The notes: generated by a model from the sequence alone, not told the origin. A DNA stretch of 64,000 nt from Lepidodermella squamata (GCA_047495785.1 JBLDXI010000055.1:124001-188000); one strand, 5' to 3'; positions 40,952 to 54,265 are shown, counted from the stretch's first letter. Numbers and translations are program-made.

Positions 40952-41224
40952 ATGACTTTGTTCGCTGCTGCCCGCAACGCCTCGACTGCTCTGGTACGCC
41001 AGTCAGTTCGTAACATGCACATTGAGCAGCGTGGTGTGCCTGGTGCGGTAAGTCGAAGTTGAAATAGTATTCCCTTTGGTTTCTTGAATGTTTTCTATTG
41101 CACCTAGAACTTGCCGTTCGATATCAGCAGCCCAACCAAGCTGACCATTGTATTCGCCCTGTTCTTCGGATCGGGCTTCGCCATCCCCTTCATTGCTGTC
41201 CGTCACCAGCTTCTGAAGAAATAA
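40952..41224 (+). CDS. COX7C: Cytochrome c oxidase subunit 7C; 2 exons (intron 41048-41107); missed by the ORF track
   Basis: MTLFAAARNASTALVRQSVRNMHIEQRGVPGA|NLPFDISSPTKLTIVFALFFGSGFAIPFIAVRHQLLKK*. Confidence 0.93.
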
Positions 41225-41663
41225 ACAGCACCTGATCTAATCGATTGGCGGTGATGTTAATAATAAAATAAAGACGCTAGATTCTTGTTAACTTGAGAAA
41301 TGTAATTGGCACACTGCCGTCACTGAAGAAGTCCCAAACCTCTAGTTTTACATATCGTCTTACTTATTGGAGCTTTTCAAGATATTCATTTCGATTTTAG
41401 CAGGCTGAACTGAGATGTATTCAAGCCTGTCCTTTACGTAATGAACCTGAGCCTGTTGCCTCAACTCTTCGAATCGAGTGAACGTTAAGTTGTAATAAAT
41501 TTAGATAACGGAAAATAAATCGGACACGTGTGCTAAAATTTGTTTTATTTGTTAAGAAACTATAAATAAATTTTTTAACAACTTGGTCGTTTTCAAAAAT
41601 ATATAAAGCGATTGTATCAACAGCATTATCCTTTGGTACGGGCAGCAGTTGTGGCCATTGTTA

Positions 41664-42609
41664 TCAAAGACAGCACATAATTATCGAGAGAACAAACATT
41701 AAACATGTTACACCAGCGACTGCAAAAAAATGGTTGAATTTTCGTTAATTTGATGGAAAATCAAAATCTAACCTGCAAAGCAACCTATCGCGAGAGGATA
41801 TGAAAATATTTTCAACAGATCGCCCAAAATCGCATCGACACAACCAGGCTATTGGGAAACAAATCGTTACAGGAAGAAACTATTTATGATTAAAATGAAC
41901 AACCTTTGTCAAGCAGACGTCAGGCGCTGTGCCGCAATTGTACTTGGGGTAAGTAGTATAATTTCCACCTACGCCGCCACTGCATTTGTAAACGCCACAA
42001 CAATTAAACTGTAAAATAAGAAAGATGATCAAGGGTATTCGTACAACTAATTCGGTGAATTACATCTTTTTGAGCGGATCCAAGAGCCCCCTGACCCATT
42101 GTCGCACCCGCCGATTCTTCGTATTTGAAGGATGCTTCGAGAGAGGTTCGAAGCTGAGAAGAATTGATTGGAATACATTTGATAATTCTAGAAAATATTT
42201 TTCTTTACCATGTCGCCCATGAATGTCAAGCAGCAAACGCCAACTCCGACGAACAGCAGCGTGGTGAAAAGAGCGAAGATGAGAAACTTGAAATATTATA
42301 GAAATTCAGAAATAAAATCATCAGCTGCAAGGAAATTTTTACCAATGGAAGACAACATCCTGATAGCAGTTTAGTTGAATTGCAGCACGCCAAAACGAAA
42401 TCAATGCCAAGCACCACTCCAGCAGCAATAAGAAGACCGCCAATAATTTTAATGCCCACCCAACTCTGATCTTTCAGGTAGGTACCAAGAGGACCTCCGT
42501 CGCCCAGGATTGCCCACAGACCAACGCCAATGCATACAAGCGCAAGAACCAATACGATAACCGCTACGACTTTGATAACCGTTTTCACGGTGTCGATGAC
42601 ACAGCACAT
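41664..42609 (-). CDS. Tetraspanin, copy A
   Basis: Four TM segments; large loop with FNCCG...PGC; C-terminal IIMCCL*. Confidence 0.8.
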
Positions 42610-44395
42610 TTTCCGATATTGCGTATAATTTTTTGAGCAAAGTTGCAGCGGAAACGATCTAGCAAGTAAAAAAGGTGATGATGACCATTATATTACAGCT
42701 GGCGTTTTAAATATCATAGGGTGAATAACGATTATGCTATGATGGCTTTTGACAGGAGCGTGAGACGATGAATCACAGTATATTTTTAATGAAACACGCA
42801 TGCAGGTGCAATGCAGGCGATGATATGTTGCTATTCAGATTTTGGAGAAGGTGAAAAGCTTGAAAAAATCAATAGCGCTGTGCTTTTTGAATTTCGGCGG
42901 CCCCCTGAAAGGCTTTAATGAATCATGCCCATAAGCAGCATAATTCTTAACTTGCGGTGATGAAAATTAGCCGTGGTTTTAAATTACGAGAAAGCCAGAA
43001 ACAAACAAAGAGGAAAACAAAGTTTAGAATCGGGTGCAAACTGCACTTACAGGCCTTTAACTAAAAAGGCTATGGTAGCCTAATCCTTGAGCACATGTTG
43101 AACCTAAAATGAAGTGAAAATTGTGCAGGAGTCGGAACATCTCTATTCCTTGACACGAGACTTCCTTTTATCTGAGAGCCTACACTAGCTCGTTTTTTAG
43201 CATTACTACTGCGGTACTACAATGACTATATGTGATGCTCATGAAAAAGCAGCAGCTCTTCTCTAGCCCCGCAAACACATAAGCATGCCACGTGCTGTAT
43301 AAGGAAACTGTGAAATACTACTATACAATATACTGCGTCTAGAAAATAATATGTGTTGGCATTTGTATGCTTTTGCCAGTTTGGCTGCTTTGTAGTTAAT
43401 GGGGTATGCATAGGTATACACAATATGGGACCGTAAAGCTTGTAATACCTGAGGCGCGGGTTCACATGCGCATTTTCGGGTCGACTCTATCATAGATGAT
43501 ACCTTATCGCATTAAATTATACCGAATAACTGTGCGGAATAGCATTACCCATTTCACCTCACCACCCACAGTCGACAACACGAGTGGTACCTGGGTAAAT
43601 ACTATCGATGACACGTATCGTGATACCGAGCGGAATTTCACCTTTCGGCTGATAATTTTTTTTTGCAAATAAGACATCTGTTGCAAGTTTGGTCGTTTAT
43701 TGACAAAACAATACTTAGCAAAACCGTTCATAAAATCACGTCCAAATCGATGTGTAATACTCTGAATATACAGATTCACAAAATTGAAGAAAAAATTGCA
43801 CCTCGGATTTACGCATTGGAAATATAGTCGACCAGAGATTATAAATATACTTTTGTAGCAATATAAAACAAGAAGGTCACTCACGAATGTTGAGAAGCTG
43901 TTGCCGAACAAGAAAAGATGCGAAAAACTCGCATGCTCGCATGCAAAAGCGCATTCGAACAGTCACGGAGGCAAGAGATTGGTCACAAGTTGCACCAATA
44001 CATCGGAATGTGTCATATCAAACATCAAATGCATAAAATAACAATAATGAAACGGCGATACCAGAAAAATCATCAATAAATCATTTGGAAGGTGGTTGAT
44101 TGACTCACAATTGCAGCAACAATTTGTCAGGCGGACTAGGTAAAACTGAGGTCCAAAGCATCCAAATGGCATAAATAAACATCAAAATGGCACAAAAATG
44201 ACAATAATAGCCCTCAAATTGAAAGCATTTGGCACAATCGGGTAGAAAATTGGCGTAAAGGAAAGAATCATAAAACGAGATTCGACATTGAAGCAGGGTG
44301 CAGAAATGACTTTCGACAATAAAAAATGCGTGAGATTGGTTTCAAATGGGACAACAATAAAAAATCGAAATCGAAAAGGGCAGCTTTTTCCTCTC

Positions 44396-45314
44396 TCAGT
44401 TTTCACCGCAACAACAAAGTATAAGACTGAACAGGAACATCAAGGCAGTGATTCCTGCAACACTGAAACATCCGATGGCAAAGGCGATGCGGTAGTTCAT
44501 GATGTAGCTGGACAAGACTGCGTCAACGCAGCCTTGCTTCAATGGACAGGCGAGGTTGCAATTTTTCGTAATGAAAAGATACTTGTCGCTCGCCAATCCA
44601 TATTCTTTACAATTTCGAGGGCCACAGCAATCGAACTATCGGACATAATTTGAGATACACGCGATTTGAAAAAATTACATGACCTACATTTTTCTGGGCT
44701 AATGCAAGTGGCCCATTTTCGTACGGGTTTCCTTTGATAGCTAGATCCAAATCGCTCTCAAAAACCGCTGAGAGACCAGTTCGAAGCTGGGATATATTAA
44801 AGATAAATGTGAAATTAAATTATTTTGTCTTCAGCAGCTTACCGCAGGTTCCAGAACGGTAAGAGCTGCCACTCCGCATCCAGCGAAAATAATACAGCTT
44901 ACTACAGCAAATGCCAAAAACTGTAATAAATACGAATATAAGATGACCGATTGCTTATCGAAATTTTCTTACAGATGGCACGCAACAGCCTGCTAACAAT
45001 TTGGAAGAGGCAAACATTCCAAGGACGAAATCGATGATCAAAATACCGCCGGCGCCAATAAGGAGGCCGCCGATGACTTGAATCGCTACTTCAGCTTCAG
45101 AACCACCATCACTCGCAAGGATTGTTGTGTACCATGGCTTTTCAAGATTCGACTCCTGATTGCGCTGGTCTGTTCTCAAGTATTCGACCAAAGGACCGTC
45201 GCCCCTGTAAATGGTCCATAGGCCGAGACCGACAGAAACTATGCCAATCACGAGCACTACGCAGCTAATAACTCGGATTCCGCCAGCAACAATCACTAAT
45301 GGACCGGGGGCCAT
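44396..45314 (-). CDS. Tetraspanin, copy B
   Basis: Paralog of copy A (GLW..GDGPL..YL, IGGLLI, KLL.GCC.P); FDCCG..QGCVDA; last TM AIGCFSVAGITALMF. Confidence 0.8.
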
Positions 45315-45478
45315 CTTTCTTCTTGATTATGTAAGAACCTAATGGGCAAGAAAAGACGTTATATTTAAAGCAGTCAATAACAATATCATTGAAAATAAGC
45401 TTGAATAATAAATCATATAAATAACACAGTTCAATTGCAAGCGTTGGTTGATCACTGGAATATTATAAATTATTCAAG

Positions 45479-48400
45479 TCAAATATTTGAAACGTCGACA
45501 AATTCGATGCCGCCCTCAACGTTCAGTGCTGATGCCACGAAGTCGAACCAAGTCTTTCCGATGCCAAGAGCTGAACAAGTATACCAGCACAAGTCAGCTG
45601 TACCTTCAAGATAAGCTAGAGCGCGAGATGCAATTTTTGATCCAGTCGGGTGATCGGCAGCAACAACTATTTTACGAAAATCGATAAGCAGATTGGCAGG
45701 GTTTGCAAGCAGAGCTGAAGGCGAAACGATTGCATGATTCTCACACACTTCCAACAGTTTACTGCTGCTGAGCAGGTACGAAGAGCTCACGAGTAAGGTG
45801 GCTAAAGCGCTTAGAAATTGCCGCGATATCGAGTTGAATGCATCTGAAACACGTGAACAAATAATTGCACCCATTTTTCGTCAGATTAGGCCAAAACTTA
45901 CCAAGGGAACAACCGGCAACTTTAGATATGTGATCAATCATCAGCTTCAAAATTAAGGCACACGCAGAAGAAAGGGTTTCGCAAGACTCGATATCAGAAG
46001 GCAAAAGGAAGGAAAAATCAAACCAGCCTTGGTCGCTCTGCAACGACAGCAAAAAGTCCCAGTCCGGTTTACAAAAAAGTTCGAAATCATGCGGGAAACT
46101 GATGCTGAATTTCTCTTTAACGACAGGTAATGATCGGGTAGATTCTTGGCTCAAACTGATCTCCTTCTGCGCTAATACAGCGTCTGTAGAACAATCAGTA
46201 ATAATGATACTCGCGAACGTTTCGCTAGTATATGCGCCGATAGCAACATCCCTGCCGATTTCCTGCTTCGCTAGTTCAATTCTGGCGATTTCACGGCGAA
46301 GTGGTGTCGACTTCGGGTCGGCCGTGATTTCCGATAAGACAAACTTCAATGTCACGTTACGAGCCAACAACTTAAGTTTAACAGAGCGGCTATCGCTATC
46401 AAATGTGCGCAAGTCCGAAATAATTTCATGAAAGCGCCCAGCCAAGCCTATCATACTCAATGATAAGCGCACGGGTTCGGTATTATCGAAAATGACGCTT
46501 GTCTTTTCTACAATTGGCTCAAATGAATCCTTTTCAGGAGCCAATTCTACCAATAAGGGAGAGCACGGAATGTTTGCAACAGTTTCTTCAAAGTCAAGCA
46601 GCTCCTGGCTTCCTGCTCGCTCTCTTTCGATCGATACCCTCTTGCGTTCTCGTTTTCCGCCTTTCTTTTTGCTCGCTTCAGACGACTCTCCTGTAAATGC
46701 GTCAAAGCAAACCAGCGAGTCGACATCGGTTTGCATGTCAAGATAATCACTCGTCGATGCCTTCTGGTTTTCAGTGACTTCCGCCGCTTTCCTTTCCCGC
46801 TCAGCGTCTCTGTCTCTGCGGTATGCTTCGGATTGCCCAACACGATTGCGAAGTTTCAACTCTTGTTTCATCATTTCAAAATTTGCTTCCGCAGGCGGTG
46901 GCGGGGGTGGTGGCGGTGTTGGTGGCAGTTGTGGTGACGATGATGACCACACGCTTGGAGTTGATATCGGCACTTCACTCCGTTTTGCTGGAGATTGAGG
47001 CTGTGCACTCGGCCGAGAATGAGACATTAATGCAGGTGGTAAAGCTTGTGAACCAGCTGAAATGCCGAAACTAAAAGCTGCTGGTGGCGGCGGTGGTGAT
47101 GACGACAACCCCCATGAATTTATCGGCACCACTCCACGCAGTTTTGCTGGAGATTGAGGCTGTGCACTTGGCGGAAAATCAGCTATTGATGCAGCTTGTG
47201 AAGCTTGTGCAAATTGCGGCGAGGCTACTTTCGCAGCTCCAAACAGGCCACCGGATAATGCGTTAAACGATGGCTGTGGAGATCCTAAGGAATTTGCGAC
47301 TGGTGGCGAGGAGAAACTTGTAGATGTTGGAAACGAGAGTACAGCAGGCATGGATCGTTGCAGAACTGGTTGTTTTGCACTAAAGCTCCAAGACGCACTC
47401 ATGTCGACGGAGCGTGCGCATGCGGCATGAATTCCAGACATCCCAAAACGACTAAAACAGAAAATATTTCGACATTTTAGAATAACAATTTGCACGTGAA
47501 TGCGAAAAATATAGCGTATATGAAGTTTTCCGCTCTTCAAAAGCTTGCTTTACTAGATTTAATGCGCGCATTTCTAATTCCCAAATATTCCCCAAATACA
47601 GGCTACTTATTACATGAAGCTAATGAAATTGTGGACTTACATGGATTGTTGCAGAACTGGTTGTTGTGCACTGAAGCCAACCATGACACCTTGGCTCTGT
47701 GTCATGGACGTGCTCATGTCGGCAGAGCTGATGCGATAGTAGATTGTAAATAATTAGGCAATTTATGAATATTTATAGAATTACCCAGAACAAGGAAAAA
47801 CGCCGGCACGAGATGCGGCTAGTGCAGCAAGCTTGCTTCGTTTCAACTCAAGCTCGCGTTTGCGTCGTTCCAGCTCTTCAGAATGCGATGACGATGGCGC
47901 AGGTGGACGAGCCAGCAGTTGATCGTGAGAAACAGGAGGCGGCGGCGGTAGTGGTGGAGCTTGCGACCTAAGACCAGCTGAAGCGCCGAAACCAAAAGGT
48001 GCAGATGTTACTGATTCTTCTTTTTCCTTTCTGAATTAAAGTTTTTTAGTTTGAGCAATATGATGCAAATAGGCGCTCACGATAATCTCGACAGCACAGC
48101 TGGCGCTCTCGGTGTAGCATCGGATAGGTATTCATCTCCCGAAAAGCACTTTCTTCTTGATTGGATCATCTTATTGAGAACATCATGTGGCGATTCAGAC
48201 GTTTCAGAGCGCGGGGATTCTTCACTTTTCGATTCGACAGCTTCCGAAGCTAAACCGCATTTTTAAGTAATTTATAAAATGAGTAAAAATTAGCTTACGT
48301 CCTCCACGCAACCGCAAAACCAAGCTGATAGTAGACTGATCTTGAAGTTTCATATCCTTCAAAGTAGCGCCATCATCTGCCTGTCTCCCGCCGAAAATCA

Positions 48401-51400
48401 TTCGCTGTTGGCTGGGTGGAATTCCTTCTTTGTCGCATAGCTTCTGTTTCAGCGTCTCGAACGAATCGGTTGCCGAGGCGGATAGAGCTATCGTTTTACC
48501 AGTCAGCGTTTTGACGAATATGTTCATCGGTTTTTCCACGGATTTCTCGTCGTCATCCGCATCGCCTTCCGATTCGCAGAAGCTGTCCATTGAATATCCA
48601 TCCACCTCATGGGCACGAAGAGATCGGTAATCGCCGTCATCTCCACCACCCCCACCTCCGCCTTCTCCGCCTGAACATTCTCTGGACTCTTCGTCGTCAA
48701 ACTTAACCTTGGTTTCCTTGACTGCAACGGCAGATTTCTTCCCAGATTTCAGAGAAGACAAGGGCGACTTAAGATATTTGTTCACGAGGCTCTTATTGGA
48801 CAGTTTAGTCGGTGACGCTGCTCTTTTCTTTTCAGGTGTTTTCCCCGGAACGGCTCTGACAGGCAGGGGCTTTTTCACAGCTAGTTTCCCTTTATCATCG
48901 GGTAATAATCGAGAGCTCACAGATTTTTGAATAAGCTGGTTTTCAGCTTCGGAGTAAAACGGAATCGTTTTCAGAGCATCTACGTCAGCTTCATTCAACA
49001 GACGCTCCAATAATTTGATTTGCTCCTCTTCAGACAGTATTTGCAGTGGCTTGTCCTTATCACGCTCTTCAACAGCTATGAAGCTCGTAAATTTGCTGAC
49101 TATACCAAACCGTTTACTCAAATCAATGATTTTCCCTTTCATCGCTAGTTTAACATCTTCGTCCCTGGCGGGGTCAGCGACCAAAATACCTCGATCTTGG
49201 TCGCGAATGACTGCTCTAGCGGCTAAGCGATGAACCAACGTCGTGGAACGAATGTCAAGCTGACTGACTGATAAATACCTAGTCATCTCAAAGACATCGT
49301 AGTCACGATCAACTTTCGCCTTCAATGTTGTCGACGCGCAGTAGCCCGGCAATAAGGCAAACGCTACCACCCGTTCGTGGTTGAAAATAGCCGGCATGAG
49401 ATTTGGCGACTGCAAGATTTCTGCATTGCCCTCCATATCCCATTCAAGGTGTACGTCGCGGGCGGCAGGTTCGATTATCAGCTGAACCACCCTCTCCAAC
49501 CGATTTTGAATCGACTGAATCGATGATCGAAAATCGAACTTGTTCACCGTGTTTTCACGCAGACCTTCGAACAAGCCACCGCCAAGCGTCGCAAAAACGC
49601 GCAATAAATGGCGATTCGAAGAGATTGCACTAGGCGGCTCAACAGTGAAGAGTCGAATGGAATAAGATTTCACCAGACTCGGCAAAACTTCGAAAGCTCT
49701 AATCCAATCAGAAAAATGGCCATCGCTGATTAAAACGATATTCCGATGGGTTGACGGGCGGAATCCAAGTGTAGCCGCCAGCAGGGGATTGACCACGTTT
49801 GTGCACCCCAGTTGCGGCTTACACTTCTGAATAGCCTCGAATGCCAGCAGCTTATTCTCCTCCGTTGCTAGTTGAGAAATAGGAAATAACTCGGCCCAAG
49901 ATCCACCAAACGCAACAATATTGAATGAGCAAGTGGCGGGTAAGCGGCTGATTAAAGCCATGGCAGTTATGGATGAATGAGCCCAAAGCGACTGCATAGA
50001 ATTCGACAGGTCAAGTAGAATCACAACATCGCCAGCCGATGATTGCTCAGGCATTGAAAATTCCGGGTAGAAAACAACCATAGAGGCGTAATTATCCGGT
50101 TGTTTCGGATCCTGCTCAACCCACATACGAGGAGAGTGAATTTCGGCCAGTAGAATTCTTAGCTCAAGTCCAGCCAATTCCGAACTGAAGCAGCCAGGGG
50201 CCGCATTATCAGTACCAAACTCCAACAAAGCTTTCGTTGCAGTAATTTTACGGCGGTTTGATGCAGATGGCCGGTTGTGTTTCAATGACTTGATTTCGTA
50301 CGGCATATCGATAAAGGCTTGAAAAGTGGCCTTCACGCCACTAATAGCAGAATTATCGATTATTGATGTACTCAGGTTGTCTTGAACAGCCGTCCCAGAA
50401 GCGACGATTTTCGGCGAGGCAGACGGTGGAAGTGAAAAGACGATTTCATCGCCATTCATCACTAATTCGGTGACGTAAGTGATTTTGATGACCACATCGG
50501 CCATTGGTGGTAAATTGCCGACGCTGACTTGAAACACATCCGGGGAGAAAGCGTCTTGGTCCATCAAATAAGCGCCATGTCCCTTTGAAATAGCCTCGCG
50601 ATATTCGCGATGCGCCTGCTCTTTCTCCTTGATCTGACCAACCACGTGCTTGTCGTTGATATAGGCTTCGAAGCCAGAGACAACGGCCAATTCGTCGAGC
50701 GGGAAAACGTATCGCACTTCAATCTAGAGAAGGTTAGTAAGCTAAGAAATATTGAATGAAGCATTTCACTACTTACCGAGCTTGAAGAGACGTTCTTGTA
50801 TCTTTGAAACACAACTACTTCCGCAACAACATCTAATAAGTTCGCTTTGATATGAACCTCGCGAAGAGGGATCGGCTGCTGTCCCTCCTTTGGAAGCAAC
50901 CCACCAACAGGTCCATCAGGCTTGCTAAGATCAATTGGTTTGTCTCCAGCGGATGGTTTTGCAGGAAAATCGGCAAGTTTCAGATTCTGTATCAACTTTT
51001 CATCATTAGGATCAGCAGTGAACGTTAGATTGGGCTCGCGGCGCTTGACGGTTGGCAACTGTTGAGGTTGACGTTTCGTATCGAGTTGCCCAACGAACTC
51101 GACGATATAGCTGATGCGTTGCTGGCGAGCGTCATAAATGCAAAATTCCGTGTCATCGAAATCCGATGCATCGGGGTCACCGGCTTCCGATTTTGAGATA
51201 CTGCGGCACGAGTCAAAGCCTTGCGGAGGCTTCTTCAGCTTGGTATCGCGGCGGTAGATAGGAAATGACTTTCCCAAGGCAACTTCACAAACAAGGGAGA
51301 ATCGTGTTCCACGCTGGCTTGATGGTCTTCCGGAATACTTTGCAGCAGTCAGAAAATCCGAAGCAAAATAAATTCCCTCACCCATGTTGCCTGGATCGGT

Positions 51401-52947
51401 ACGACTTCCACCCACGTCATCGACAACAACTCGCGGCAAAAGTAAACCACGGGATAAAATGCCGAAAATATTGGGAGGGGCCGAAGCGTGAAACATAACC
51501 TTACGGTTGTCCGGGCAGTTGCTGTAGGATAAGTTTCCATATTCGGCGAATCGATCGATTTTCCAAATATTCGCGACAGAATATTCAGAAGATTGTACGC
51601 GGAATGCAATGTCATCGAATTCAGCGGAACTTTCTTCGAGGCGAGTGATGTTTCCATTAATCGCATTGAAACTTAGCCACAATAAGCTGTCATTCGAGCA
51701 ATTAGATCCAAGAACTTCGAACATGGGGGCGAAATCTCGAATCAATTGAATGAGGGATTGCAACTTCCCAAGCACACGAAAACTCGGCGAATCAACCCAA
51801 TTCGGGTCAATATTAATCCCGGGTATTTGGCGCTGAAACGACTGGATAGACTCTACAAATGCCTCATGATTTCCGTCAACCAAGGCTCTTTTAGCAGTCA
51901 AGAGGGAGACCTCAGCAGTGGATAGTCGGTCCAAAGATATGTCGGCGAGGTCGCTCAGAGGTTTGTTGAGCCATTCTGAAAGAGTGTTGAGCGAATCATT
52001 CACCAAATCTTCAACAAGACCCATCACCTGCAATAACGTCAAAGAAAGAAGAATAAATTAGATAATAAACGTAAGATACATACAGGCTTTTCTGATGGTT
52101 TCCGAGGTTTTTCGAACAACAAATTACGCAATAGTTTCGATCCGATAGCCAGTGATGAAACCTCGCCGGTTCTGAGAGTGAAATCTGATACATTTCCAGC
52201 GGAAAGTATTTGCTGAACAAGCGCGTTGAATAGTACTAGCGCATCTTTTCTGTTCTCCGCAACATAATATTTGACAGTTCCGCGTACATTCCAAATTTCG
52301 ACGCGGTATTTCGTTGAATTTTGCGAATCCCAATTAGGAATAGCTTGTAATTCTATCGAAATTGTTTTTTGTTCCGACTCGTCAAACATCATGCGGTATT
52401 TCACGAGAACAGTGTCAGCGGCCGGGAATTCAGGGCAGTTACTTTCATTATACTCAGTGAATCGATTTATCACTGATTCTGGATCTCCGTTGAATATGTC
52501 CTCATTGGTGTGAGAATCCACAGCACTGGAACTGGTGAATTTAGTCTCCGAATGCTTGCAAACATATTCTTCGCTAAGCTCGACTATGCCATCTTCATCA
52601 ATGCAGTCATCGATGTAACGGGCGAGAACGATCTGAATACCTCGTTTTGCTGCTGATACAGCTTTCGAGCTCGACAATTGGATCGCGTCAAATATTAGTA
52701 GGTAGACAACCGATTTCGAAAGGATGTATGACACAATTGCTCCTCGATCCGTTAATTTTGCTTTGAATGAGTTTTTGAACTTGAATTGATGATTTGGCAA
52801 AAACTCTACCGCAAATGTTTTCCCTTCGAAAATTTGAGTCGGCTTAGGAGTGAAGTCGTTGTTCACTGGAGGAGTTTTATCTGGTTCGAGTTTCACATGT
52901 TTTTGAAGTAGCCTGTTTCCAAGGTCTCGACGTCCGACTTTCATCAT
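45479..52947 (-). CDS. PARP4: Vault poly(ADP-ribose) polymerase PARP4-like: BRCT - PARP - VIT - vWA - internal ubiquitin - Pro/Ser-rich region - MVP-interacting C-terminus
   Basis: BRCT (IFEGKTF..GAIV); PARP triad FHAS / GIYF..KYS / DTEF; VIT ([37 protein letters not shown]); vWA MIDAS DLSNS..SDG; C-terminal [10 protein letters not shown] resembling the PARP4 tail. Confidence 0.92.
48300..48527 (-). other. Complete 76-aa ubiquitin domain embedded in PARP4
   Basis: [13 protein letters not shown]...[19 protein letters not shown]; 48/76 identical to ubiquitin by manual count. Confidence 0.95.
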
Positions 52948-53063
52948 TGCTCATCAAAAATTTCTATCAATACATTAATTCAATTTAATCTGTGAATAAA
53001 ATAAATCAAGAATTAAGTTGAAAGCGCGGCTGAAATCGAGCAAGCTCCCTGTTATTATCCCGT

Positions 53064-54113
53064 TCAATTCCCTTTCCGATTTGCTTCTTCCATTTTCTTG
53101 TTGTGAATCGCCAGTTTTCTGAAGCTGTTCATCATCATAAAAACAATCCTATCGAACATGAACTTTGGAAGTAGTGACGCAAAGGTCCCTTGCAGTTCAT
53201 GCATGAAGTGACCGTGAGTCGAAGCAAGGCCTATTGTTCTCAAACTAGAAGCGACGTAATCAGAAGCTGGCGGCACGAAGACATTACCACGGCCTTCCAA
53301 ACGAGCCATTTTCGTCGCGACAAACCAAGGTGCAAGAGCTTGCACCATAACCCCAGGACACGCTTTAGCGCATTCGAGTTGAAGAGAATAGGAAAATTGG
53401 TTCATGAAATTTTTCGTCGTTCCATACATGACGAAAAGATAAGGCGGTAAAGACCCAGCGATAGAAGAAACGTTTATAATCAGGCCTCGATTTTTCGCCG
53501 CCATTTTTGGCATCACAATATGAGCCATTGTGGTCATCGCGACTATATTAACGTTGATCATATCATTCATAAATTGGCGAGAGGTCTCCCAATAGTACAA
53601 AATGTCATCGCAAACCATTCCAACATTATTGACTAGAACACCAATATCCAAATCTTTCAACTCCTTCTCAATTTTATCGAAGACACCTATTTTCGAAAAA
53701 TCGGCAGCAATGTGACGGATTTTGACATTTGGATAATCAATAGATATCCTCCTAGCAGCAGCAGCCACACGATCCTCGGAGCGACTAATGAGAACAACAT
53801 TCATGCCTCTCTGGGCTAACTGTTCCGCATAGGCCTGTGATAAATTAGCAGTAATATTGACTTATATCATCTTCAAACTGCCTCAATCAACCTGGCCGAT
53901 TCCGTCGCTAGCGCCAGTAACAACAGCCCATGCTCCCAGCTTACGAAAATCTTTGAAGCAAATCAGCCGGACAAAAATATTGCGTAGAAAACGAAAAACA
54001 AGCGATAAAGCAGTTGATAAAACAGCGTAGCACCCGATGAGTAAAAAAGGCCATAAAGGCACCGAGTGAAACTCGATTTTAAATAGAGACATAAGCTCTG
54101 ATAAAACATCCAT
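53064..54113 (-). CDS. HSD17B12/KAR-like SDR; 2 exons
   Basis: WAVVTGASDGIG|.AYAEQLA, VLVNNVG, YGTTK, PWFVATKM. Confidence 0.85.
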
Positions 54114-54265
54114 TTTAAATTCAAATATCTAAATTTTAATAGATAATATCTAATGTTAGTCATAAGTATTTAAAACGCAAAATACATGAACCACGCGAAA
54201 CAGATAAATTAGTAGTTCTTTGACTACAAACTGACTATAATTGAATTATCGTCTCTTTGAGATAC

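Noticed and set aside
43226-44300. Possible small spliced gene between the tetraspanins (GTGAGT donors, KCAC motif)
   Set aside because: I could not build a consistent open gene model or recognise a family; RNA-seq is needed.
506-52947. RBR ligase array and PARP4-ubiquitin as one physically linked pathway
   Set aside because: They are 35 kb apart with many unrelated housekeeping genes between; proximity in a compact animal genome is not evidence of joint function.
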